DNA of 47,596 nucleotides from an uncultured Bacilli bacterium (GCA_947595045.1 CANQEN010000002.1:1-47596); one strand, 5' to 3'; positions 24,459 through 33,300 are shown, numbered from the stretch's first letter. Notes: a model not told the origin generated them from the letters alone. Program-made: numbers and translations.

Positions 24459-25517
24459 TCATGATTGATTTTTAGCAATGTTTAAAATTACACCAATACT
24501 AATCATTGTAATTAGTAGACTAGATCCACCGTAAGATAAAAAGGGAAGAGTAACTCCAGTTACGGGCAGTACTCCAATAACAACCATTAAATTTAATAGA
24601 GTTTGAAAAGAAAAACTAAAGAGAATACCAAAAGATAAATATTTAGAGAAATGATCTTTTGTATTAATAGCTATTTTAAATTCTGTAATAATGATAGATA
24701 TAAATAAAGTAGCAATAATTAATACTCCCAAAAAACCAAATTCTTCACTAATAATAGAAAAAATAAAATCAGTTTGAGGTTCAGGTAAATAAAAATGTTT
24801 TTGTATTGAATTACCTAATCCCATTCCAAATAAACCACCAGGCCCTATAGCATACAATGATTGGATAATTTGAAATCCACTACCTAAGGGATCACTCCAA
24901 GGATCTAGAAAGGATAAAATACGTTGTAGTCGGTAAGGAGCAATTAAAATTAAGATAACAATACCTATAACACCAATTAAACCTAATTTTAATAAAAAAC
25001 GAATATCCATTCCACCAATAAATAAGATCCCTAAAATAGATACTACTAAAACAAATCCTGTACCAAAATCTGGTTGTAGCATAATAATACCAAAAATAAG
25101 TAGAGTAAATAAAAGAATAGGTAATATTTTTTTATGATTAGTTAAATATTTTGATACAAAAATCATTAATCCTAATTTAGTGAATTCACTAGGTTGAATT
25201 CCGAAAGAACCAATACCAAACCAACTACGACTACCATTTCTAACACTTCCAATACCGGGTATTAAAACTAATATTAATAATATAATACAAACAATAATAA
25301 TTTTACTAGCATTTTTATAATACCAATGATAATCTATTTTACTAACCATATACATAAGAAATAAACCTATAATAAAGAAAATAGTCTGATTTTTTAAATA
25401 TTTAAAAGCATCATTATATTTATATTCAGCCCAAATATATGATGATGAGTAAATCATTAAAATACCGAATAAACAAATACATATGACACTAGTAATAAGG
25501 ATAATTCTATTTTTCAT
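24459..25517 (-). CDS. ftsW: SEDS-family peptidoglycan glycosyltransferase (FtsW/SpoVE/RodA)
   Basis: 10-TM SEDS pattern: GSRSWFGIGSFGIQPSEFTKL, PDFGT, LPEPQTDFIFS, LPFLSYGGSS. The ATG at 25517 overlaps the mraY stop (ATGA), indicating translational coupling. Confidence 0.85.
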   Translation of the reverse strand: MKNRIILITSVICICLFGILMIYSSSYIWAEYKYNDAFKYLKNQTIFFIIGLFLMYMVSKIDYHWYYKNASKIIIVCIILLILVLIPGIGSVRNGSRSWFGIGSFGIQPSEFTKLGLMIFVSKYLTNHKKILPILLFTLLIFGIIMLQPDFGTGFVLVVSILGILFIGGMDIRFLLKLGLIGVIGIVILILIAPYRLQRILSFLDPWSDPLGSGFQIIQSLYAIGPGGLFGMGLGNSIQKHFYLPEPQTDFIFSIISEEFGFLGVLIIATLFISIIITEFKIAINTKDHFSKYLSFGILFSFSFQTLLNLMVVIGVLPVTGVTLPFLSYGGSSLLITMISIGVILNIAKNQS

Positions 25518-26503
25518 AACCACACTCCAAATAATAATGCTGCCATACTAGCTATTAGACCAATTATCCAAAAAATACGTACTACTTCTAATTCATTCAT
25601 ATATCGTTCAAAAGTGTGATGAATAGGAGTAATAGGAAAAATTCGTTTGTGAGTTAATTTATAGTAAAAACGTTGAATAACACAACTTAATGTTTCTAAA
25701 ACAAATACAATTCCTACTACTATTAATAATAATTCGTGTCTTGTTAAGATAGAAACCATTCCTAAAGTAGCTCCTAAAGATAAAGAACCAGTATCTCCCA
25801 TAAATATTTTAGCTGGATTTGCATTAAAACATAAAAAACCAATTAAAGAGCCAATTAAGGCAAATAGAAACATACTAATTTCAATATAACCATTAAGCCA
25901 ACCAGTATTTAAGGTAATAATACCAAAAGTAAAGAAAGCGATAATAGATAGACCAGTAGCTAGACCATCTAAACCGTCTGTAATATTAACGGCGTTACTA
26001 CTACTAATTAAAACAAGTAGGATAAAAAAACCATAATAAAATCCTATATTTGTTTTAATACCTAAAGTATGTATCCATATAAGAGGCTCATTACCTGCTT
26101 TTAGGAATAAGTAAAAGGTAATAATAGCTAATATGATCTGTAAGCATAATTTCATTGATTCCGATAATCCTTTATTGTTGTTACGTTTAATAATTAAAAA
26201 ATCATCTACAAAACCGATTAAGCTATAAGTAATAAAGACAAATAAAATAATTATTAAATTATAAGTAACAGTGATTTTATTTAATAATATAAGAACTATC
26301 ATAATAAAGAGAGGAGGTATAATAAAGATAATACCACCCATTGTAGGTACATTTTTTTTATTAGCATGTTTGTCACTTAAATAAATACTTAATCGTTGAT
26401 TAGCTTTTTTTCTTTTTAGAAATGGTAACAAAAAGAAAGATAGAAAAATAGATAATAATAATCCAAGCATCATTGATATAATTATTTTAGTGAATATTAG
26501 CAT
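25514..26503 (-). CDS. mraY: Phospho-N-acetylmuramoyl-pentapeptide transferase
   Basis: 329 aa. KKNVPTMGG, VGFVDDFLII, NAVNITDGLDGLA, MGDTGSLSLG, PIHHTFE. Confidence 0.9.
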   Translation of the reverse strand: MLIFTKIIISMMLGLLLSIFLSFFLLPFLKRKKANQRLSIYLSDKHANKKNVPTMGGIIFIIPPLFIMIVLILLNKITVTYNLIIILFVFITYSLIGFVDDFLIIKRNNNKGLSESMKLCLQIILAIITFYLFLKAGNEPLIWIHTLGIKTNIGFYYGFFILLVLISSSNAVNITDGLDGLATGLSIIAFFTFGIITLNTGWLNGYIEISMFLFALIGSLIGFLCFNANPAKIFMGDTGSLSLGATLGMVSILTRHELLLIVVGIVFVLETLSCVIQRFYYKLTHKRIFPITPIHHTFERYMNELEVVRIFWIIGLIASMAALLFGVWL

Positions 26504-26596
26504 AAATTCCTCCTACTAGAGTTTATGCTTGTCTAGTTTTTTATATTCAAGCTTATATAAAATATGATAAAATAAAATATAATATGGAGGTAAGTA

Positions 26597-27280
26597 ATGA
26601 AATATATTGGTAAAATATTTAATATATTATCTACTTTATTTAGTATTTTAGCCATTATGTTATTATATATTTTTTATGAAGTAGTAAGTGGTGGATATTT
26701 TAATGGTTATACTGTTTTAATAGTACTATGTATGTTTTTAAATCCAATTAGAAATATTTGTAGAGTATATAAAAGATATATTAATAATCCTATATATCAT
26801 ATTTTAGTAACTATTTTGTGTACATATATCATATATATATCTTTTAACTCTTTATGTATATATAAAATGTATTATAATGATGACAGTGATTTAATTAATA
26901 AGGCTATTAATTATTTTGGAGAGAGGTTTATTCTTATATTTATATTAACATTACTATTATTAATAATATCATTATTATTTAAAAAGAAAGTAAAAGTGAG
27001 TGAAAGAAATAATGCTTCAGTGATGTTAATGATAATTACTATTACTTCATTAATGACAGTTAAATGGGGAATGTCATTAATAGTATTATCTTTTTCACTT
27101 GTAACGTTTATTTTCTCTATAATTGTATTATTTAAAATTAAAGGAACAATAGGTATAGGTAATGTGCAGTTAATGTATATGCTATTATTTTTGTTATGTC
27201 TATTATCAGCTAATTCGATTGGAGTAGTTTTATCAGTTTATATGTTTATCCAAGCTAATATTTTTGAATTAAACATATAA
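26597..27280 (+). CDS. Hypothetical polytopic membrane protein
   Basis: 227 aa, about 6 TM segments. SD GGAGGTAAG. Opposite strand to the flanking dcw genes. Confidence 0.45.
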   Translation: MKYIGKIFNILSTLFSILAIMLLYIFYEVVSGGYFNGYTVLIVLCMFLNPIRNICRVYKRYINNPIYHILVTILCTYIIYISFNSLCIYKMYYNDDSDLINKAINYFGERFILIFILTLLLLIISLLFKKKVKVSERNNASVMLMIITITSLMTVKWGMSLIVLSFSLVTFIFSIIVLFKIKGTIGIGNVQLMYMLLFLLCLLSANSIGVVLSVYMFIQANIFELNI

Positions 27281-27285
27281 CTAAA

Positions 27286-29190
27286 TTATTCCGATAAATA
27301 AATTCTAACTGTTTCACCCTCTGCTATTTTAGTACCAGCTTTTGGTGATTGATAGGCTATAGTGCCATTACCAACTACTTCCACTTTAAATGGTTTTAAT
27401 TCCTTCATAGCATCTTTAAGTTCTAAATTGACAACATTAGGTACATCATAATAAACTTTGTCTATATAATTATATTCTTTTGGTATTTCATCTTCTCGTT
27501 GTTCAATTCCTAATACATTGATGGCATCAGTTAAAAATTGTTTAGCAATAGGGGCAGCTACTGTTCCACCATATTGGGTAATACCTTTAGCGTTATCAAT
27601 AGCTACATAAATGACAATTTGTGGATCATCAGCTGGCATAAATCCAATAAATGAAGTAATGTAATTACCAGATAAATATGAACCATTTTCAGCTTTCTGA
27701 GCAGTACCTGTTTTCCCCCCAACACGATATCCTGGTATATAAGCATTATGGCCTGTACCTCTAGCTACAACACTTTCTAATGCATATCTAACTTTTTCAC
27801 TTGTACTTTCACTAATTACTTTACGGACAACAGTAGGTTTATTTTCTACTACTACTTGATTAGTAGTTGGTTCATTAATACTTTTTACAATATATGGTTT
27901 ATATAATATACCACCATTAATAGCTGCACTAACTGCCGTTATTTGTTGTATAGCAGTAACGGCTACTCCTTGACCAAAGGCTGTAGTTGCTACTTCTAAG
28001 TCACTAATTTTATCTGTATCGAAAATAATACCACTTGATTCACCAGATAATTCGATACCTGTTTTATTACCAAAACCAAAGTCATCGATATAGCTAAACA
28101 ATTTATCTTTACCTAGTCTTAATCCTAGAGAAACAAATCCTGTATTACATGAATTTTCAACAACTTCTAAGAATGTTTCTTGTCCATGCCCACCGTGTTT
28201 CCAACAGTGTAAGGTAGCACCACCAACGCTAACAGCACCACTATCAAAAAATGATTCATTTTCTAAGTCAACTAAGTTTTCTTCTAAACTTGCAGCTAGA
28301 GTAATAATTTTGAATGTGGAACCCGGTTCATAGGTCATCCAAACAGGTAGGTTACGATTTATTTCTTCAGTTGTATAATTTTGATAATTACTTGGGGAGA
28401 AAGTAGGGCGTGAAGCAATAGCTAAAATTTCTCCCGTATTAGGATTCATGGCAATACCAAAAGCTTGGTCTGGGCTATACATACTAGTGGCATTATCTAA
28501 TTCTCGCTCTAATATTTCTTGTAATTCATAATTAATAGTTAATGTCATATTCATACCATCTTGTGGTTGCTCATATACTTGAGCCATATCTAGTGATTTA
28601 CCTTTAGCATCACTAAAATATTTAATAGCACCATAACTACCTGTTAAATATTTATCATAAGTTAATTCTAATCCACTAAGACCTTGATTATCAATTCCAA
28701 CAAATCCTAAAGTATGGGCTAGAGATGTATCATATGGATAATTTCTTTTAGCTTCTTTAACTAGATATACTCCTGGTAATTTTAAATCTGCAATTTTATC
28801 AGCAATTTCGTTATTAAGTCGTCTTCCTTCTGGATGTACACGTTCAATAGATGTTTTCTTACTTACATGACCTAGCATATCTTCATAATCAACATTTAAA
28901 ATATTTGCTAAAGAGGTAGCTGTTTTCTCTTTATCTTTTATTTGATTAGGAATTAAAACTAATGATATAGTGGTAATATTACCGGCTAATACGGTACCAT
29001 TACTATCATAAATAATTCCTCGATTAGCTTCAAGTGGTAGATTACGACTCCATAGACTAGTAGCATAATTATTTAATTTACTATAACTAAATACTTGAAT
29101 ATAAAAAACACGTCCAATAATGACTATAAAACCTAAAATAATACATATTAATACTATTTTCATTCGCATATGAATTCTTTTAAAAAACAT
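27286..29190 (-). CDS. Class B penicillin-binding protein (PBP2B/SpoVD-like) with a C-terminal PASTA domain
   Basis: N-terminal TM, dimerisation domain, transpeptidase motifs STFK, SCN, KTGTA. One PASTA-like domain at the C-terminus (VPNVVNLELKDAMKEL...GETVRIYL). Confidence 0.85.
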   Translation of the reverse strand: MFFKRIHMRMKIVLICIILGFIVIIGRVFYIQVFSYSKLNNYATSLWSRNLPLEANRGIIYDSNGTVLAGNITTISLVLIPNQIKDKEKTATSLANILNVDYEDMLGHVSKKTSIERVHPEGRRLNNEIADKIADLKLPGVYLVKEAKRNYPYDTSLAHTLGFVGIDNQGLSGLELTYDKYLTGSYGAIKYFSDAKGKSLDMAQVYEQPQDGMNMTLTINYELQEILERELDNATSMYSPDQAFGIAMNPNTGEILAIASRPTFSPSNYQNYTTEEINRNLPVWMTYEPGSTFKIITLAASLEENLVDLENESFFDSGAVSVGGATLHCWKHGGHGQETFLEVVENSCNTGFVSLGLRLGKDKLFSYIDDFGFGNKTGIELSGESSGIIFDTDKISDLEVATTAFGQGVAVTAIQQITAVSAAINGGILYKPYIVKSINEPTTNQVVVENKPTVVRKVISESTSEKVRYALESVVARGTGHNAYIPGYRVGGKTGTAQKAENGSYLSGNYITSFIGFMPADDPQIVIYVAIDNAKGITQYGGTVAAPIAKQFLTDAINVLGIEQREDEIPKEYNYIDKVYYDVPNVVNLELKDAMKELKPFKVEVVGNGTIAYQSPKAGTKIAEGETVRIYLSE

Positions 29191-29379
29191 ATTATCACCA
29201 CTATAATATATATGACAAAAAAAAACTCATTTTCATATTAACAATTTTATATTCATGAGTTTTATACAACTATTAAGAAATATATCTACTATCAAAAAAT
29301 TATTTTTAATCAATGAAAATTTCTTCTAAATAAATAGTGAAATAGTAATTTTAAATATAGATTTTATCTATAATAAAAA

Positions 29380-29405
29380 AGATTAAATTATTGTTGATTT
29401 AATCT
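29380..29405 (-). terminator. Rho-independent terminator of the 30575-29405 operon
   Basis: Minus strand: AGATTAAA-loop-TTTAATCT, followed by a T6 run. It overlaps the stop codon. Confidence 0.6.
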
Positions 29406-29698
29406 TAGTCATTGCTATTTACATCGTTGTTAATCCAATTATTTAATAAGAAAGCTTTTATTTCTTCATCAGCACTTTGATAATAAAGAATTGATAGCCA
29501 ATTTTTACAATTTTCAGATAAATTTTGTTCATTCAATTTTTTATTTGTATTAATAAAAAAATCTTTAGTTGAATCAGCTGCTAACATAGCTAAATCTTTT
29601 AGAAAGTTACTTGGTAAATTATTAATGAATTTATCATCTAAATATGCTAAAATGGTTAATAATTCTTTAGCTATATCATTATCTAAAACTTTTTTCAT
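29405..29698 (-). CDS. Hypothetical small helical protein, partner of the upstream overlapping gene
   Basis: 97 aa, overlaps the upstream ORF by 20 nt. Predicted all-helical with an acidic C-terminus. No recognisable motif. Confidence 0.45.
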   Translation of the reverse strand: MKKVLDNDIAKELLTILAYLDDKFINNLPSNFLKDLAMLAADSTKDFFINTNKKLNEQNLSENCKNWLSILYYQSADEEIKAFLLNNWINNDVNSND

Positions 29699-30575
29699 TA
29701 TCTTTTTCTTCCTTTTGTATAAAATAATTTTGAACTTTATAAATAAATTTTCTTATTTCTGAAAGTAATCTTTTACTTGCCATTTCTTGAATTTCATGTG
29801 TTGTAAATTTTGGATTATTGTCAGCTTCCTTTTTATAAACCTCTGGTTTAATTTTTATAGCTCCACAATCATCAATATAATAAGCTTTCTTGCTAAGATC
29901 ACGAAGACCTAAAACAGCTATTTGATTATTATTTATTATTTGTTTAACAAAGCTAATTTTATCTTCAGGAACGCAAATGCAACTGATGTATTTTAAAGGA
30001 AAATGGTTCATAACGCCTATTTCTGATATATCCGAGTGAATAGAAATTATTTCTCTTCTAGCTAAGTTAGTTTCGTTAATACCAATAACAATACTAAAAG
30101 ATAGTTGAGAGTTTTTGTTAGTTGATAGTGTAGAATAACCCTCAGCAATATCTAAAACATCTGTAAAACTAATAAAATTTCTTTTTTGATACAATTGAGT
30201 TGACCTTTCACCAGTTAATATAGGTATCCCTTTTTCCTCTAAAGTAGCATAAGAATTTATTCCGTATTTTAAGATATTAGGAAGGGCATTAGCATTAGTT
30301 CCATGAAAAATATTAATATTATTTTCAACTAAAAAATTAAATGTTTCAGGATTAGTTAAAAGTACACTAGATAAGGATATACGCCTGCTTATTTCTATCA
30401 TTGGATTATTCCGACATTGAAATTGCGATTTAAGGCTATAATTATCTATTTTACCATTATATAAAATTTTTTGTAATTTATATTGAGTTTCTTTGTTTCG
30501 AGCTAAACTAAAGAAAGTGTCACATATTTTATTATAATTACCAGATTTCATTAATTGCTCTAAAGAAAAACTCAT
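29679..30575 (-). CDS. Hypothetical protein with a weak ADP-ribosyltransferase-fold (Tpt1/KptA- or PARP-like) motif pattern
   Basis: The ATG at 30575 is preferred (GAGGT, 8 nt, ATG) over the GTG at 30599. IFHGTNANALPNILKYGI, then NFISFTDVLDIAEGYS, then a later SEIGV, recalls H-G-T ... (V/F)-H/S-L/F-S/T ... E of NAD-utilising ART folds. Confidence 0.4.
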   Translation of the reverse strand: MSFSLEQLMKSGNYNKICDTFFSLARNKETQYKLQKILYNGKIDNYSLKSQFQCRNNPMIEISRRISLSSVLLTNPETFNFLVENNINIFHGTNANALPNILKYGINSYATLEEKGIPILTGERSTQLYQKRNFISFTDVLDIAEGYSTLSTNKNSQLSFSIVIGINETNLARREIISIHSDISEIGVMNHFPLKYISCICVPEDKISFVKQIINNNQIAVLGLRDLSKKAYYIDDCGAIKIKPEVYKKEADNNPKFTTHEIQEMASKRLLSEIRKFIYKVQNYFIQKEEKDNEKSFR

Positions 30576-30780
30576 ATTATCTAACCTCATTAACTTCACT
30601 ATTAATATTATTATATCTTATATTTAAATCAGCTGAAATAAAAAAATAATTCTTACAAAATGTTTCACATAAACTTTATAAGTAAATTTATCTTAATATT
30701 TTTCTATATCACAAAATAAAAATAGAGTTAATACATAAAAACTCATTATTGTGTAAAGAAGCTTTTGAGGTCAAATTAAG

Positions 30781-30808
30781 AAAAACAAATGACTAAAGGT
30801 CATCTTTG
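30781..30808 (-). terminator. Probable terminator of pgsA
   Basis: Minus strand: AGATGAC-CTTTA-GTCATTT, followed by GTTTTT. Confidence 0.5.
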
Positions 30809-30852
30809 TAAATACTTATTTAAAAACATAACATTACTTAATTTATATTTTG

Positions 30853-31560
30853 CTATAATTTTGAATTTGATAGTTGTTGATTTTTAGAATAGTTATCAGC
30901 TTTATTTTTATCTATGTTATTATCATCTATAGGAGACGTTAATTTCTCTTTAGTGATAATTTCAATTAGTTGATTATTTTTCTTTTTGTGGATATGATAA
31001 TAAGCTACAGTAGTAACTAATTGTAGTGCGATTGTTTGAGCTAATATATAATAGATAAGTGAACTTGAAATTGTTAAATAAAATGAGGCAAATACAGATA
31101 TTAATAGTACTGATAGGGAAGCTGTTTTAAATTTACCTACAATAATTGTTTTAGGATTATGTCCCTTAATTTTCTCAATAGCATTAATACCACCAATTAT
31201 TAATTCTAATCCTAAATTAATTAATAATATAGGTGCAAAAAAACTTAAAGCAAGTAGAATAGTACCTGCAAATATTTTATCAGTAATGGCATCTAAGTCA
31301 CGACCAAACTCACTAGTAGCATGCCATTTCCTAGCTAGCATGCCATCTAAGCCATCAGTGGCTGCAAATAAAATAGTTGAAATTAAAGCTAATTTCAAAT
31401 GGCCAGTAAAAGCAAATGGTAGTATAAATATAGGAGCACAAAGTCTAGAGGCAGTTAATAGATTTGGTATTTGTTGCCTTCTAGTTTTTTTATTTTTTAG
31501 TTTTTTAATCATAATTTTAAATTGTTCAATATATCTATTATATATTTCCTTAACACGCAT
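30853..31560 (-). CDS. pgsA: CDP-alcohol phosphatidyltransferase (phosphatidylglycerophosphate synthase-like)
   Basis: PNLLTASRL, DGLDGMLARKWHATSEFGRDLDAITDK (D-G-x2-A-R-x8-G-x3-D-x3-D), multiple TMs, and a non-conserved C-terminal tail. Confidence 0.8.
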   Translation of the reverse strand: MRVKEIYNRYIEQFKIMIKKLKNKKTRRQQIPNLLTASRLCAPIFILPFAFTGHLKLALISTILFAATDGLDGMLARKWHATSEFGRDLDAITDKIFAGTILLALSFFAPILLINLGLELIIGGINAIEKIKGHNPKTIIVGKFKTASLSVLLISVFASFYLTISSSLIYYILAQTIALQLVTTVAYYHIHKKKNNQLIEIITKEKLTSPIDDNNIDKNKADNYSKNQQLSNSKL

Positions 31561-31613
31561 ATAATCATCCTTTACGAGTTTTTATTCTATAATTAAATAT
31601 AATAAAAGTCAAA

Positions 31614-31931
31614 TTATGGAATAAATTTAAGCTTATCACCCACTTGGTAATTATTACTATTAGATGGCAATTCATAAGTATAATATACATTTCTTTTTGG
31701 TAAAATGACTTTATTAGGTGTAAAATTATTATATATATACAAAATAATATTATTTTTATCAGTCATTATAATATCAATAGCGCTTTTCATAAAAAAAGTA
31801 TGAATACTATTACATTTAGGGAAACACAAACAATTACAGATATTTTTTTTGCCCATATTACCTCTAAGCCGTTTAAAAAAAGTATTCATTATTTCAAGAT
31901 CAATAACTTGATTTTGTAATTTTAATTTCAT
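31614..31931 (-). CDS. DUF192-family protein
   Basis: 105 aa. RLRGNMGKK...FPKCNSIHTFFMKSAIDIIMTDKNNII...YELPSN...VGDKL matches the DUF192 pattern (GLMGR...hMxxMxxPlDiifld...). Confidence 0.55.
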   Translation of the reverse strand: MKLKLQNQVIDLEIMNTFFKRLRGNMGKKNICNCLCFPKCNSIHTFFMKSAIDIIMTDKNNIILYIYNNFTPNKVILPKRNVYYTYELPSNSNNYQVGDKLKFIP

Positions 31932-31997
31932 AATCTACCTCAATATAATCATAGCAAAGATTTGGTTATAAGTCTATAAGTGTCGCTATCTGTCTGT

Positions 31998-32026
31998 TGA
32001 CAAACAATATAAAAGATGATATATTG
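31998..32026 (+). promoter_or_regulatory. Near-consensus sigA promoter
   Basis: TTGACA (31998-32003), 17-nt spacer, TATATT (32021-32026). Confidence 0.7.
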
Positions 32027-32032
32027 TAGGTG

Positions 32033-32227
32033 CTAGAAGGTAAGGTTTGTCTTTATTGAAAAACCTACTAAATTAACGAATTGGGAATCTGATTTTTATG
32101 GATCGTGTTGAATGCTTTAGTGTTCTAGAGAATCCTGATATCTATAATAAGATACCCACCTGGTAGAACAGGTTTTAATCGTTAAGTGACGCCTGCCTTT
32201 TGGCTTTTTTATTATGTTGGAGGTTGT
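32033..32227 (+). ncRNA. Unclassified ~195-nt leader or small RNA between the promoter and the exonuclease gene
   Basis: No credible long ORF. Several alternative pairings: GTAGGT / ACCTAC, GGTAAGGTTT / AAACCTAC, CTAGAA / TTCTAG. Weak GCC-TTTT-GGC plus T6 at 32203-32218, just before the SD GGAGG. Confidence 0.3.
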
Positions 32228-32821
32228 ATGAATTTACATGATAATAGTTATGTTGTATTCGATTTAGAAACAACAGGTTTAGATCCTAATAAGGGGTGCT
32301 CTATTATTGAAATAGGAGCTGTTAAATTAGTTCATGGAAAAATCGTAGATAGATATGACAGGTTTGTTAATCCTAAAGTTGCTATTGATGATGACATTAT
32401 TAGGATAACTGGAATAACTAATGAGATGGTGGAAAATGCTGATAGTGAAGAAACGGTAGTAAAGGATTTTATAAATTGGTGTAGTGGTAATATATTAGTT
32501 GCACACAATGCTAAATTTGATTTATCTTTTATAAAAATGGCATATTTAAAATATCGATTAGGGCGTTTTAATTTTGATGTTATTGATACATTAGGTCTAT
32601 CTAAATTTTTAGCTCCATATGAGAGATATCATAATTTAACTTGTTTAATGGAACGATATAATATAACGTGGGATGAAGATAAACATCATAGAGCTGATTA
32701 TGATTCTGAGGGAACGGCCTTAGTATTTATGGCTATGATTAGTGAATTATCTAAAAGAAGTATCACCACATTTGATGAATTAGAAAGATATCCTAAAATT
32801 ATTTTAAATGAAAAAATATAA
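32228..32821 (+). CDS. DnaQ/PolC-type 3'-5' exonuclease domain protein
   Basis: SD GGAGG precedes the ATG at 32228. Exo I VVFDLETTG, Exo II LVAHNAKFDLSF, Exo III HRADYDSE. Confidence 0.8.
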   Translation: MNLHDNSYVVFDLETTGLDPNKGCSIIEIGAVKLVHGKIVDRYDRFVNPKVAIDDDIIRITGITNEMVENADSEETVVKDFINWCSGNILVAHNAKFDLSFIKMAYLKYRLGRFNFDVIDTLGLSKFLAPYERYHNLTCLMERYNITWDEDKHHRADYDSEGTALVFMAMISELSKRSITTFDELERYPKIILNEKI

Positions 32822-33232
32822 ATGGAGTTGAGAATAGTGGAAGAAAAGAATAGAGTGTTGGAGATATTAGCGATTGCAATTATTTCTTTTTTATTAATTT
32901 TAATAATTATTATCATTTATACTAATAAAAGAATGGATAATGAGCGACAAGAGTTTGCTGATAAAGTTAATAGTATTTCTGAATTAGCTATACAGTATTA
33001 TAAAAATCATAATAATGGATTAGTTGGTCATTATGAGTTAATAGATAATAAATTAATAAATAAAAATAATAATCAATTTATTCATAGTGATGATTTTTGG
33101 CAAGATTTATCAGGTGATATTGTTATTCAATTGGTAGATGATAAATTACAAATCAATATAGAAATTACTGATCAACAATGGATGGCTACGAATAAAGATA
33201 ATAGTAATGATTTAATTATAACTAAAAATTAA
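32822..33232 (+). CDS. Small membrane-anchored pilin-like protein (degenerate prepilin N-terminus)
   Basis: 136 aa. RVLEILAIAIISFLLILIII resembles a decayed FTLIELL...hydrophobic prepilin helix. It is followed by SELAIQYYKNHN, as in the other pilin-like paralogs. Alternative GTG start at 32837 after GGAG. Confidence 0.4.
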   Translation: MELRIVEEKNRVLEILAIAIISFLLILIIIIIYTNKRMDNERQEFADKVNSISELAIQYYKNHNNGLVGHYELIDNKLINKNNNQFIHSDDFWQDLSGDIVIQLVDDKLQINIEITDQQWMATNKDNSNDLIITKN

Positions 33233-33252
33233 AGTGTTAAACACTTTTTTTG
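33231..33252 (+). terminator. Rho-independent terminator
   Basis: AAAGTG-TTAAA-CACTTT, followed by a T-run. Confidence 0.65.
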
Positions 33253-33281
33253 TATAAAAAATCCTTTTATTTATCATTATA
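33252..33281 (+). promoter_or_regulatory. Forespore (sigF/sigG-type) promoter of sigG
   Basis: GTATA (33252-33256), 18-nt spacer, CATTATA (33275-33281). This fits the Bacillus sigG consensus GHATR-N18-CATXHTA. Confidence 0.55.
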
Positions 33282-33300
33282 TGAATGAAAGGAGATTATT

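Noticed and set aside
31286-31564. 92-aa plus-strand ORF
   Set aside because: It is antisense to the conserved CDP-alcohol phosphatidyltransferase motif region of pgsA.
32033-32227. T-box, 6S RNA, SRP RNA, M-box or PyrR-site identity for the long leader
   Set aside because: There is no GGUGGNACCGCG-type T-box or antiterminator. The CCCACCTGG segment is the wrong sense, and on the minus strand GGTGGGTA does not fit. There is no terminal 5'/3' closing helix typical of 6S RNA, no GGAA-tetraloop SRP domain IV motif, and no AGAGAGG PyrR loop.
32698-32916. 72-aa minus-strand ORF
   Set aside because: It is antisense across the exonuclease/pilin-like gene junction and has I-rich shadow composition.
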